Shown: positions 41,018 to 49,748 of the stretch, one piece after another
Numbering within the stretch: the stretch's first letter is position 1
How the letters are laid out: the number at the start of each line of letters is the position of its first letter
Assembly: GCA_030602565.1 (NCBI GenBank)
Contig: JAUVZL010000003.1
Location: 4,160-68,159, forward strand
DNA: 64,000 bases
Direction of reading: 5' to 3'
From: Candidatus Stahliibacteriota bacterium
GTDB lineage: Bacteria; Hydrothermota; Tepidihabitantia; SM23-42
Notes under the pieces: generated by a model
What the model saw: only the letters and a program-made list of their open reading frames with translations
Database searches by the model: none
What the model was told of the DNA's origin: nothing
Position numbers and translations under genes: made by a program

Positions 41018-41734
41018 TCACTCGATGATTCTCTGCAAATATTTCTCATTTTGATAGTAATTGTAATTTCGCACGGCATTGATACCGCCATAGATATTCG
41101 CGATATAGAAAAGCCCGGTTGCTCCGAGACAAATACCGTATTTTATATCTTCATTCTCATGAAGGTAGTAGTAGGAGAGGAGCGCTGAGGTACCAATAAG
41201 AAAAAAGGAGAACATACCGTCACCGAACCTGCCGCAGTACCAATGCCCGCCGCCCGGGAACAAAGCACAGAGTGCACCTAAACCAGGTTTCTTGTAGGTC
41301 GGTTTGTCTGGAGGAAGACTTAGATACTCTTCTGCCTTTTGGAATCGAAATTCAAATGCATAGCTCAAACCGATGATTTTATTAGCTTCTTTATTATAAG
41401 GTTCTCTAATATCAATAAGATGAGTGCGTGAGGAGTCGTATTGTTGAGCCACAAAGAAGACAGTGCCCTTAGTGAATTCCCTTTGCACTTCATCTTTGAT
41501 ATCATTACATTTAACTAATGCTTCATCGTACCTTTGTAAATTGATCAGGCAGTCAACGATTCTTGCCGGGATATCGCTGCGCATTGAATCAGTAAGAAAC
41601 TGGTACCTTTGATACTCATTTAGCGCTGCTGCATAGTCTTCCTGAATATATAGGTGATCGGCAAATGCCAGGATATTCTCTTCGGAAAAGGTGTTTATAG
41701 GCTGGGCATAAAGTAATAGCAAAAGCAGGGTCAT
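41018..41734 (-). CDS. Hypothetical membrane protein with an FPGGGHWYCG motif, paralog B
   Basis: See paralog A. Confidence 0.4.
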   Translation of the reverse strand: MTLLLLLLYAQPINTFSEENILAFADHLYIQEDYAAALNEYQRYQFLTDSMRSDIPARIVDCLINLQRYDEALVKCNDIKDEVQREFTKGTVFFVAQQYDSSRTHLIDIREPYNKEANKIIGLSYAFEFRFQKAEEYLSLPPDKPTYKKPGLGALCALFPGGGHWYCGRFGDGMFSFFLIGTSALLSYYYLHENEDIKYGICLGATGLFYIANIYGGINAVRNYNYYQNEKYLQRIIE

Positions 41735-41773
41735 TTTTCTAGCAACACTCTATAGTACGACAACGAGGGGACT

Positions 41774-41829
41774 CCCCCTCACCCTTACCCTCTCCCCCTA
41801 TAAGGGGGAGAGGAAAAAGGAGAGGGGGT
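41774..41829. repeat. GA/CT-rich hairpin repeat, copy 5
   Basis: CCCCTCACCCTTACCCTCTCCCCC-tata-AGGGGGAGAGGAAAAAGGAGAGGGGG. Confidence 0.75.
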
Positions 41830-42042
41830 GAATGGAGATCGCAATGACAAGAAAGAGTATATCGTGATAACACAGGAGAGAATATTTCATGATGACCAAC
41901 TTTTTTTGTCATTGCGAGGTCGCTGAAAGCGGTCGCGGCAATCTCACAAATTATTATTGAGATTGCTTCGTCACTTCGTTTCTCGCAATGACAGAAAGGG
42001 GAAAATTCCTCGCAATGCTTTATCATTATTTGCACACCACAA

Positions 42043-42399
42043 CTAGTCATCGAGCGTGGTATCCGTTATCCTGCGTTTTTTGAATATAAAATTATTCTCA
42101 ACTGGGTCATAGATCTTGCCGTTCTTTATGCCGGAGTAATAGGTGTTAAAATGCTCTACAGCCCAGGGGTTGCAGCGCATAAGCCGATCAACTGCCATTA
42201 ACGATCCGCAGATGACACCATATTTTTTTAACGCTTTTTTACTGAATCTTGAGCATGATGGCGTGAAATTGCAGACATCACCCTGGGTTGGTGCCACAAC
42301 TTTTTGATGGATAGTAATGCCTGTATTAATCACTATTTTCAGTGGGTTGGTTTCTCTGGGGGGTTGCATGAGGAGTAATGCACAAAATAAAATATGCAT
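42043..42399 (-). CDS. yidD: Membrane protein insertion efficiency factor YidD
   Basis: NFTPSCSRFSKKALKKYGVICGSLMAVDRLMRCNPW matches the YidD signature. Confidence 0.8.
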   Translation of the reverse strand: MHILFCALLLMQPPRETNPLKIVINTGITIHQKVVAPTQGDVCNFTPSCSRFSKKALKKYGVICGSLMAVDRLMRCNPWAVEHFNTYYSGIKNGKIYDPVENNFIFKKRRITDTTLDD

Positions 42400-42453
42400 A
42401 TAGTATTTTAAGCATTTATTTTAGAAAATCAAGTAGCCTGCAACCAAGGACTT

Positions 42454-42508
42454 CCCCTCACCCTTACCCTCTCCCCCTTACAGGGGGAGAGGAAAAAGGA
42501 GAGGGGGT
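42454..42508. repeat. GA/CT-rich hairpin repeat, copy 6
   Basis: CCCCTCACCCTTACCCTCTCCCCC-ttac-AGGGGGAGAGGAAAAAGGAGAGGGGG. Confidence 0.75.
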
Positions 42509-42550
42509 ATTTGTAGCTTGATTTTTTCGCAGGATTCAATATGCTAAGAT

Positions 42551-43219
42551 ATGATACGACAATATATCAAGGAAATCAAACAGTTGGATCTTGAAACTGT
42601 CATTATTGTTATTTACTCGACTTTTGTACTTCTGTTTGGTATATATCTACGTCGTATGCATTTTATCTTTTCGACGCGTGAAGAGATCTTCCTTGATAGA
42701 TTAATTATTATGGGTATATTATACGGCATTTCACCGTTGCCATTATTTTTCTTGTTCAAACGCAAGCCCAGAGATTATGGGGTCAGTCTGGGTAGGGTTA
42801 GGCAATGGCTAAGAGAAGTCGCGGTTTTTTATCTTATAATGGTATTCATTCTCTTGGTGGTATTCAAATTCACCGGCATGAAAGATTATTACCCTTTATA
42901 CCGCAAGGCGGCAAGAGGTATGAACTATTTTCTGCTGTATCAAGGCATACAACTATTCCACATGTTCACCTGGGAGTTCTTTTTCAGAGGGTTTATGCTA
43001 TTCGGACTGGAGAAGAAGTTTGGCAAGGCGAGTATCCTTGTTCAAACAATCCCTTTCGCCATTATGCATTACAGAAAAAAACCTTTAGAAGCCTATGGAT
43101 CGATATTTGCCGGCATATTTTTGGGTATCCTTGGTTTACGTTCCCGAAGCTTCTTACCCTGCGCTCTACTACATTTTCTGGTCGCTCTAAGTGCGGATTT
43201 ACTGGGGATAGTGTTTTGA
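42551..43219 (+). CDS. CPBP-family (CAAX/Abi) intramembrane metalloprotease
   Basis: EFFFRGF and AIMHY motifs with multiple TM helices. Confidence 0.75.
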   Translation: MIRQYIKEIKQLDLETVIIVIYSTFVLLFGIYLRRMHFIFSTREEIFLDRLIIMGILYGISPLPLFFLFKRKPRDYGVSLGRVRQWLREVAVFYLIMVFILLVVFKFTGMKDYYPLYRKAARGMNYFLLYQGIQLFHMFTWEFFFRGFMLFGLEKKFGKASILVQTIPFAIMHYRKKPLEAYGSIFAGIFLGILGLRSRSFLPCALLHFLVALSADLLGIVF

Positions 43220-43369
43220 GTAATTTATTTTCTTGATCTGATTTATATTATCGTGGCTAAACAAGGGTATTTTGGCTTCAAGGTGAATAGAAAAGATTAT
43301 TTCAACTGGTCAAAGGAGGATTTAATCCAAAGGCAATGCATAAACGATAAAACCGAAGGATTAACCTTC

Positions 43370-43397
43370 TTGACATAAATCATGAGAAAGATATAGT
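43370..43397 (+). promoter_or_regulatory. Promoter TTGACA-16 nt-TATAGT ahead of the AlbA_2 fragment and fic
   Basis: Consensus hexamers followed by a GGAGG RBS and an ATG at 43426. Confidence 0.5.
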
Positions 43398-43425
43398 TCA
43401 TACATGGAGGTAGTGAAATAAGTGC

Positions 43426-43626
43426 ATGAAAAAATTGACTGAATCAGAAGTAGTCGAATTAAAACCAAGTTTATCACAGGCTGATAGGATTGTGGAGACG
43501 GTGGCGGCGATGGCGAACAGAAATAAGGGTGTTTATTGTTTCTGTCTACAGAACTTGACAAGACGTCTATTTCTGTTTATAATGAAAAACAGAAATAGCG
43601 AAGTGCCTTATTTCTGTTTCAAATAG
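43426..43626 (+). pseudogene. 5-prime fragment of a COG2865-type gene (AlbA_2/Schlafen N-terminus, about 44 aa), truncated
   Basis: ESEVVELKPSLSQADRIVETVAAMANRNKG matches the AlbA_2 start; the remainder of the ORF is unrelated and runs into the palindrome. Confidence 0.55.
43567..43626. promoter_or_regulatory. Perfect 12-bp inverted repeat (CTATTTCTGTTT-ataatgaa-AAACAGAAATAG) plus a third half-site, 13 nt ahead of the fic RBS
   Basis: AT-rich palindrome without a GC stem or T-tract; reads as an operator rather than a terminator. Confidence 0.45.
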
Positions 43627-43638
43627 AGGAGGCTCGAA

Positions 43639-44820
43639 ATGCGCAGTGGCTGGTGGCTTAAACAACTTTCCGGTGAATTGGGATATCAAGCATTTGTGCC
43701 TAATAAGTTGCCCTATGAAAGCACACCACAAATTGATGAGCTTATTCTGGATCTGCTTTCCGAGGCAAGCATATTATTGGGACGCCTTGATGGTATTACT
43801 GAACTCTTACCTGACCCAAATTTTTTTATCTTAATGTATATAAAGAAAGAAGCAACATCTTCAGCACAAATAGAGGGAACACAGGCTACCTTTGCTGATT
43901 TGTTAAAGCATGAAGCAAAAATTAAGGATCCAAAGATTCCAGATGATGTTAAGGAAATTGTTAATTATATAAATGCAATGAATTATGGTGTAAGAAGATT
44001 GGAAACACTGCCATTGTCACTACGACTTATTAGAGAAATACATAAGATTCTTCTAAAAGATGTCAGAGGACAAGAGCGATATCCTGGCGAATTCAGAAAA
44101 TCACAAAATTGGGTTGGAGGTAGGACAATAAATCTCGCGACCTATGTTCCACCACCTGCCCATGAATTACCGGGACTTCTTGATAATTTCGAGAAATTCT
44201 TGCATCTAAAGACGAAGATGCCAATTCTCATTAAAACTGCTTTAACTCATGCACAGTTTGAGCTCATTCATCCTTTTTTGGATGGAAATGGCAGGACTGG
44301 AAGACTTCTTATAACTTTTTATCTATACCATGAGAAAAAATTAAACAGACCTCTGCTTTATCTTTCAGATTATTTTCATAGATACAGACAGGAATATTAT
44401 GATCATTTGAATGCTATTTCCAAACGCGACGATATTGAAGGCTGGATAAAATATTTTTTGGATGGCGTCATCACTGTCTCCAAGGATGCTATAATTCTCG
44501 CTCAAAAAATAATCAATCTGAGAAAAGAAGACGAGAAAAAAATAATGACCTCAGGGAAAGCGGCGAAAAGCGGAATTAAACTCTTAGATTATCTATACAC
44601 AAACCCGATTGTAACAGGAAATCTCACTGAGGAAATTACCGGTTTATCTCCCTCTAATGCAAGAAATTTGATAAACAAATTTATTAAGATGGCTATTTTA
44701 AGACAAATGGATAAAAGACAGCGGGGAAAACGGTTTGTCTATGAACGATATATGGCATTATTTTCTGATGAATCACAGAATTCTAGCGAGAGGTTAATCA
44801 GAAAACAGAAAGAAGAATGA
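43639..44820 (+). CDS. fic: Fic-family protein (class II, with inhibitory S-x-x-x-E-G helix and C-terminal wHTH)
   Basis: HPFLDGNGRTGR active-site motif; SSAQIEG inhibitory motif; 393 aa. Confidence 0.85.
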   Translation: MRSGWWLKQLSGELGYQAFVPNKLPYESTPQIDELILDLLSEASILLGRLDGITELLPDPNFFILMYIKKEATSSAQIEGTQATFADLLKHEAKIKDPKIPDDVKEIVNYINAMNYGVRRLETLPLSLRLIREIHKILLKDVRGQERYPGEFRKSQNWVGGRTINLATYVPPPAHELPGLLDNFEKFLHLKTKMPILIKTALTHAQFELIHPFLDGNGRTGRLLITFYLYHEKKLNRPLLYLSDYFHRYRQEYYDHLNAISKRDDIEGWIKYFLDGVITVSKDAIILAQKIINLRKEDEKKIMTSGKAAKSGIKLLDYLYTNPIVTGNLTEEITGLSPSNARNLINKFIKMAILRQMDKRQRGKRFVYERYMALFSDESQNSSERLIRKQKEE

Positions 44821-45233
44821 TAATGATGCTTGAACGTCAGTCAAGATCTTTTAATCCACTGATAGCAAAGGCTTTTTTCTGGATAAAATATATCGAGGAA
44901 GTCGGCACCGGGACAAATAAGATAATTGAGTGGTGTAAGGATTGGGGCATTGCGGAACCGGATTTTGAGTGTGCAGGGTCAAGCATTGTGATTACAATTA
45001 GAAAATCCAAACTGACAGAAGAATATTTAACGAATCTGGGCTTAAATGAACGAGAATTGGAAATTATTGAGCAAATAAAAGCAAATAAAAAGACGACAAG
45101 TGGTGAGATTCAAAAATTGTTTAATGTAAGGAGAAAAGCAGCAAATAGTTATCTAAAAAGATTGATTGATTTGAAACTTATTAAGAGGATGGGAACAGGC
45201 AAGGCGGTTTACTATGTTCTCACGGCTAAATAG
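44817..45233 (+). pseudogene. 3-prime fragment of a COG2865-type gene (end of HATPase_c_4 plus wHTH), overlapping the fic stop by 4 nt
   Basis: NPLIAKAFFWIKYIEEVGTGTNKII is the conserved HATPase_c_4 tail; C-terminal wHTH; may still be expressed as a 138-aa protein. Confidence 0.5.
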
Positions 45234-45527
45234 TTTTCACAGTCTTGCGTTTCCCTTGCGTTTCCTTTGCGTCAAATATGCGTCAATTTTGTATCAGATT
45301 TTGCGGTGCATATACGGGGAATCTACGACATATGCGTACGATTGACGGACAATTATGCATTATAGGAATAACCATGCTTGAGCGGCAGACTTTTCAGAAT
45401 AAAGATTTGGTTCTTAAAGTATCACCAAATTATAGCCCAAAGAAATTTGACCCGAATAATAAGGAGAAAATTAGTAAAAAAGATTATAGCAATTGGTCAG
45501 ATTTAGAATAATGAAAAATGAAAAGCG

Positions 45528-45832
45528 GTGTATGAGAAGTATAATAATGATAATGAAGGCAGAAATAAACAAGGGCTGGATGGGGGTGAAGAACAAATTT
45601 GGTGACGGCATTTATAAGATGATATGTTATAAGATTCTGGATTCCCGCCTCCGCGGGAATGACAATGTCGGAAATGAACACGGGAATGAACCTGTACAAC
45701 TTCGTTTTACGGGGCAGGCATAAGGTGTTAGGGAATGACCCGGGATAACTTCGTTTTACGGGGCAGGCATAAGGTGCCAGGGAATGACAGTCCTCCCTTT
45801 TCCGTCATTCCTGCGAAAGCAGGAATCTAAAG
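45528..45832. repeat. Repeat segment A: about-120-bp unit, palindrome CTGGATTCCCGC-ctc-GCGGGAATGAC, two tandem 49-bp units (ACTTCGTTTTACGGGGCAGGCATAAGGTGCCAGGGAATGAC) and palindrome GTCATTCCTGC-gaaa-GCAGGAAT
   Basis: Duplicated at 47815-48110 with about 95% identity. Confidence 0.75.
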
Positions 45833-45844
45833 AATAGATAGTAG

Positions 45845-46132
45845 ATGACAAAATTTTATGTCTACATTTTAGCCAATAAGAGAAATGGAACCTTGTACAT
45901 CGGCGTAACCAATAATTTGATTAAAAGAGTATATGAGCACAAAAATAATTTAGTTAAAGGCTTTACTCAAAAATATAATGTCCATAAATTGGTATGTTAT
46001 GAAGTATTTGATAATGCGTACGATGCCATTACAAGAGAAAAACGGATAAAAAAGTGGAAAAGACAATGGAAAGTAGCGTTGATCGAAAAGGAGAATCCTA
46101 ATTGGGAAGACTTATTTGAGACACTATTGTAA
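45845..46132 (+). CDS. GIY-YIG nuclease-family protein (COG2827-like), 95 aa
   Basis: FYVYILANKRNGTLYIGVTNNLIKRVYEHK motif. Confidence 0.8.
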   Translation: MTKFYVYILANKRNGTLYIGVTNNLIKRVYEHKNNLVKGFTQKYNVHKLVCYEVFDNAYDAITREKRIKKWKRQWKVALIEKENPNWEDLFETLL

Positions 46133-46407
46133 GGATCCTGGATTCCTGCTTTCGCAGGAATGACAAGGAGGAAAAGACAGGAATGCTAAGGAGGGCAGGA
46201 ATGACCCCGTACAACTTCGTTTTACGGGGCAGGCATAAGGTGCCAGAGAATGACAAGTAGATAAACCAATGATTGATAATTATTTCGCTATTTCAACAAT
46301 CCTTTTTTCCTAAAGCAGTGTAAAATAGGTAATGTCGTATGCAGTAGTTCAATTACCATTGATTAGAAAGTGGGGCATAACATAATGTAAGAAAATAAAA
46401 CATCATA

Positions 46408-46435
46408 TTGACAAATTATCTAACATGAATATAAT
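46408..46435 (+). promoter_or_regulatory. Promoter TTGACA-16 nt-TATAAT for the antitoxin-toxin operon
   Basis: Consensus hexamers, AAGGAGATG RBS, flanking ATTAT/ATAAT dyad. Confidence 0.5.
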
Positions 46436-46452
46436 AACTAAAAGGAGATGAA

Positions 46453-47241
46453 ATGTCTAAAGTTGGTGAAAGAATAAAGAAATTACGAAAAACTGCCGGT
46501 TTTACCCAGGAAAGACTTGCTAAATTACTGGGTATTTCAAGGCCCGCAATTTCGCAGATTGAAAATAGCGAACGAAAAATCTGTGCTGAGGAATTGCAGA
46601 AATTGGCAGAGATTTTTAATGTCTCGGTTGATAGTTTGCTAAATCCTGAGAAAGAGCCAGCAGTGATTATAAGAGAGAACCGAGCAAATTATAAACCAAG
46701 AGTGGCTAAACAACGAATTAGAGTCAATGTACCTCAGAAGAACCTTGAAAAATTCAAGGAAGTTTTTCTCTATATTCTCTCTAAGGTAGGTTCAAAACCG
46801 AATGTTGGCGAAACCGTAATTTACAAGCTACTCTATTTTCTTGATTTCGATTATTATGAAAAATATGAAGAGCAGCTAATTGGTGCAACCTATATCAAAA
46901 ATCGCCACGGTCCTACGCCTTTAGAATTCAAGAAGATAGTTGAAAAGATGATAAAAGAAAAAGAGATTGAAAAGGTTGATAGCAAATATTTTGAATATCC
47001 TCAGACAAAATACTTACCACTGCGAAAACCTGATTTTTTGAAGTTGAAAGCAACTGAAATTGAGGTCGTTGATGAAGTTCTGAATAAGCTTTCGGATATG
47101 AACGCAAATCAGATAAGCGAATATTCTCATAATGATGTGCCCTGGTTAACAACCGGAGAAAATAAAGTCATTGAATATGAATCCGTGTTCTATAGAACAC
47201 CGCTTTATTCAGTAAGAGAGTATAGTGGAAATATTCAATGA
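46453..47241 (+). CDS. HTH_XRE plus Panacea (DUF4065)-domain antitoxin, PanA-type
   Basis: N-terminal LRKTAGFTQERLAKLLGISRPAISQIEN HTH; C-terminal KLLYFLDFDYYEKYEEQLIGATYIKNRHGPTP Panacea/SocA-like core. Confidence 0.65.
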   Translation: MSKVGERIKKLRKTAGFTQERLAKLLGISRPAISQIENSERKICAEELQKLAEIFNVSVDSLLNPEKEPAVIIRENRANYKPRVAKQRIRVNVPQKNLEKFKEVFLYILSKVGSKPNVGETVIYKLLYFLDFDYYEKYEEQLIGATYIKNRHGPTPLEFKKIVEKMIKEKEIEKVDSKYFEYPQTKYLPLRKPDFLKLKATEIEVVDEVLNKLSDMNANQISEYSHNDVPWLTTGENKVIEYESVFYRTPLYSVREYSGNIQ

Positions 47242-47596
47242 GATATTCATACTTCCGGAATTTGCGAAAGATTTAAAGCACCTTCTTAAAAGATTTGGAA
47301 CTCTTGAAGACGACCTGAAAATATTCATTGAAAAAGAATTGTATCTATACCATAAATTAAAAATAGATAACAAAGGCGTATTTCGAATTGAAGGTTTAGG
47401 ATATGAAAAATTTAAAATCTATAAAGCAAAGAAATTCGCCTGCCGTTCCCTCCGCGGTAAGGGCGTACATTCGGGTATCCGAGTAATATATTCGTACGAT
47501 GAGGAATCAGATAAAGTTGAGCTAATTGAAATCTATTATAAAGGTGACAAGAAAATTGAGGACCGGAACCGGATACACAAACACTATGAAAAATGA
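47225..47596 (+). CDS. RelE/ParE-superfamily toxin-like protein
   Basis: GIRVIYSYDEESDKVELIEIYYKGDKK matches the RelE/ParE C-terminal beta-sheet motif; 17-nt overlap with the antitoxin gene. Confidence 0.6.
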   Translation: MEIFNEIFILPEFAKDLKHLLKRFGTLEDDLKIFIEKELYLYHKLKIDNKGVFRIEGLGYEKFKIYKAKKFACRSLRGKGVHSGIRVIYSYDEESDKVELIEIYYKGDKKIEDRNRIHKHYEK

Positions 47597-47814
47597 GTTA
47601 AATTTCAATCTTACAACAAAAATTTAACATGAATAAAAGAAATACGAGACGAAAGTGGAAGAGGTGGTTAAAGAAAGACCTGTTTTCTGAATTTGGATAT
47701 CTGGTAAAATTGAAAGTGGTGTTGCAATGATTTTCAACATTTTGAAAGAAAAAGAAAATGGTTTATGACATCTGCAACGTCCTCGGCGCGGCAGGGTTTG
47801 AGTATTTGAGAGAA

Positions 47815-48110
47815 GTGTATGAGAAGTATAATAATGATAATGAAGGCAGAAATAAACAAGGGCTGGATAGGGGTGAAGAACAAATTTAGTGGCGGCATTT
47901 ATAAGATGATATGTTATAAGATCCTGGATTCCTGCTTTTGCAGGAATGACCCGGGATAACTTCGTTTTACGGGGTAGGCATAGGGTGCCAGGGAATGACC
48001 CGGGATAACTTCGTTTTACGGGGCAGGCATAGGGTGCCAGGGAATGACAAGTAAGATAAAGCAGTAAAAATTCAGCTGGATTCCCTGGTCAAGCCAGGGA
48101 ATGACAGTTT
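47815..48110. repeat. Repeat segment A-prime (second copy of segment A, plus palindrome variant CTGGATTCCCTGG-tcaag-CCAGGGAATGAC)
   Basis: Self-comparison with 45528-45832. Confidence 0.75.
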
Positions 48111-48188
48111 ACCTTTTTTAGATTGTAATCCGTATTCTAATAATTGATAACTTTTCTCAATCTTAAATCTGCAATCTAAAGTCTGAAA

Positions 48189-49748
48189 TTACTTCGCTAT
48201 CTCAACTACTCTTTTTTCTCGTATTAGCGTGACTTTGATCTGTCCAGGGTATTGCGTTTCTTTTTCGATACGACGGGCAACTTCCTGAGCAAGATTTTCA
48301 GCTTCAATATCAGATATTTTTTCGGGCTGGACAATTACTCTAATTTCTCGTCCTGCCTGTATGGCAAAGACCCTTTCCACACCATCGAAAGAAGACGCAA
48401 GTTCTTCCAGTGTATTCAAGCGTTTGACGTACGCCTCAATGCTTTCGCGTCTCGCGCCAGGTCTGGAACCAGAGATTGAATCAGCTATTTCCACGATCCC
48501 CGCATATGGTGAGGTGGGCTTGATCTCTTCGTGGTGTGCTTCAATTGAATTGACAATAACTTCAGTTTCGCCAAATTTACTTGCAATTTCAGCACCTACG
48601 TGAGCGTGTGAACCTTCGATGTTTTTGTCAGCCACTTTGCCCAAGTCATGAAGCAATCCAGCCCGTTTCGCAACCGTTGCATCCAAACCTAATTCCTGAG
48701 CAAGGAGTGCCGAGAGATTGGCGACTTCTTTGGAATGCTGAAGAAGATTTTGACCGTAACTCGTACGGTATTTCATTCTGCCAAGGTAACTGATGATCTC
48801 TTGGGCAATACCGATAATGCCCATTTCCATAATCACATCTTCCCCCGTGTTCTTTATTAGCGTATCAAGTTCAGTGCGTGATGCTTTGACGACTTCCTCA
48901 ATTCTGGTTGGGTGTATCCGACCGTCAGAGATTAGTTTCTCCATTGCCATACGGGCGATTTCACGCCGGATTGGATCAAAGCATGAAAGAGAAATGCTTT
49001 CAGGTGTATCGTCAATAATAACTTCAACTCCAGTAAGGTTCTCAAACGATCTGATATTCCTGCCTTCCCGACCGATAATGCGCCCTTTCATTTCATCCGA
49101 AGGGATACCAACTACTGAAATCGTTGTTTCTGCAGTATGGGAAGTAGCACAGCGTTGGATTACCTGCAAGATTATTTCGCGCGCAGTGATTTCGGCTTTA
49201 GCCTTAGCTTCATCTTTGATTTGATTTATCAATGCCGCAGCTTCGTGTCTTGCTTCTGCTTCAAGGTTCTTCTTTAGTGCATTTTTGGCTTCTTCCTTTG
49301 ATAGATTGGCGATTTTTTGGAGGGCGGTATTCTGTTCTTTTATCATCTGGTCAAAACGCTCTGATTTTGCGTGGATGATCCGCTCTTTGTTTTGAAGGTT
49401 GTGTTCTTTTGTCAGAAGCTCTTTCTCTTTATCAACGATGAGGTGCTCACGCCGTCCTAAAACTATTTCTTTTTCAACAAAGCGCTTTTCGGCTTTTTCA
49501 ATTTCTTTTCTTTTGGAAGCAGTTTCTTTCTCAAACCTTAGCTTTTCCTGATACCACTGTTCTTTGGCAGTTATTTCAGAGGATTTTTTGTAGTTCTCCG
49601 CTTCTTTTTTTGCCTCTTCGATCATTTTTGATGCTTCGAGAGAGGCATTACTCAATTTGGTTTTACCAAATTTTATGTAAAAGTAAATGACTAAAGCAAC
49701 GGCAAGAAAAGCAATGCCGATGCCGATGAATATTTCTGGTAATATCAT
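48189..49748 (-). CDS. rny: Ribonuclease Y
   Basis: N-terminal TM helix, coiled coil, KH domain, HD domain (HSKEVANLSALLAQELG...LLHDLGK). Confidence 0.9.
   Translation of the reverse strand: MILPEIFIGIGIAFLAVALVIYFYIKFGKTKLSNASLEASKMIEEAKKEAENYKKSSEITAKEQWYQEKLRFEKETASKRKEIEKAEKRFVEKEIVLGRREHLIVDKEKELLTKEHNLQNKERIIHAKSERFDQMIKEQNTALQKIANLSKEEAKNALKKNLEAEARHEAAALINQIKDEAKAKAEITAREIILQVIQRCATSHTAETTISVVGIPSDEMKGRIIGREGRNIRSFENLTGVEVIIDDTPESISLSCFDPIRREIARMAMEKLISDGRIHPTRIEEVVKASRTELDTLIKNTGEDVIMEMGIIGIAQEIISYLGRMKYRTSYGQNLLQHSKEVANLSALLAQELGLDATVAKRAGLLHDLGKVADKNIEGSHAHVGAEIASKFGETEVIVNSIEAHHEEIKPTSPYAGIVEIADSISGSRPGARRESIEAYVKRLNTLEELASSFDGVERVFAIQAGREIRVIVQPEKISDIEAENLAQEVARRIEKETQYPGQIKVTLIREKRVVEIAK

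Noticed and set aside
41739-42050. Track ORFs 41739-42050, 16947-17180 and 9191-9487
   Set aside because: They run straight through the GA/CT-rich hairpin repeats, giving low-complexity PLPL/GEG translations, and have no RBS. They are artefacts of the repeat.
43567-43626. AT-rich palindrome before fic as a rho-independent terminator
   Set aside because: The stem is almost entirely A/T with no GC clamp and no clean U-tract; an operator is more plausible.
45245-45723. Track ORFs 45245-45511 and 45493-45723 in the island
   Set aside because: They lie in iteron-like and duplicated repeat sequence. The second copy of segment A carries a stop in the same frame, and there is no RBS.
45690-48050. 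Tandem 49-bp direct repeats considered as a CRISPR array
   Set aside because: The units are contiguous with no intervening spacers, there are only 1-2 units per site, and no cas genes are present. They behave like satellite or REP-type repeats.
48252-49224. Series of plus-strand ORFs inside rny; likewise 34427-35147 inside the activase gene, 705-932, 2384-2692, 8322-9054 and 51260-52742
   Set aside because: They are antisense shadow ORFs within well-supported long genes, with no RBS and non-protein-like composition.
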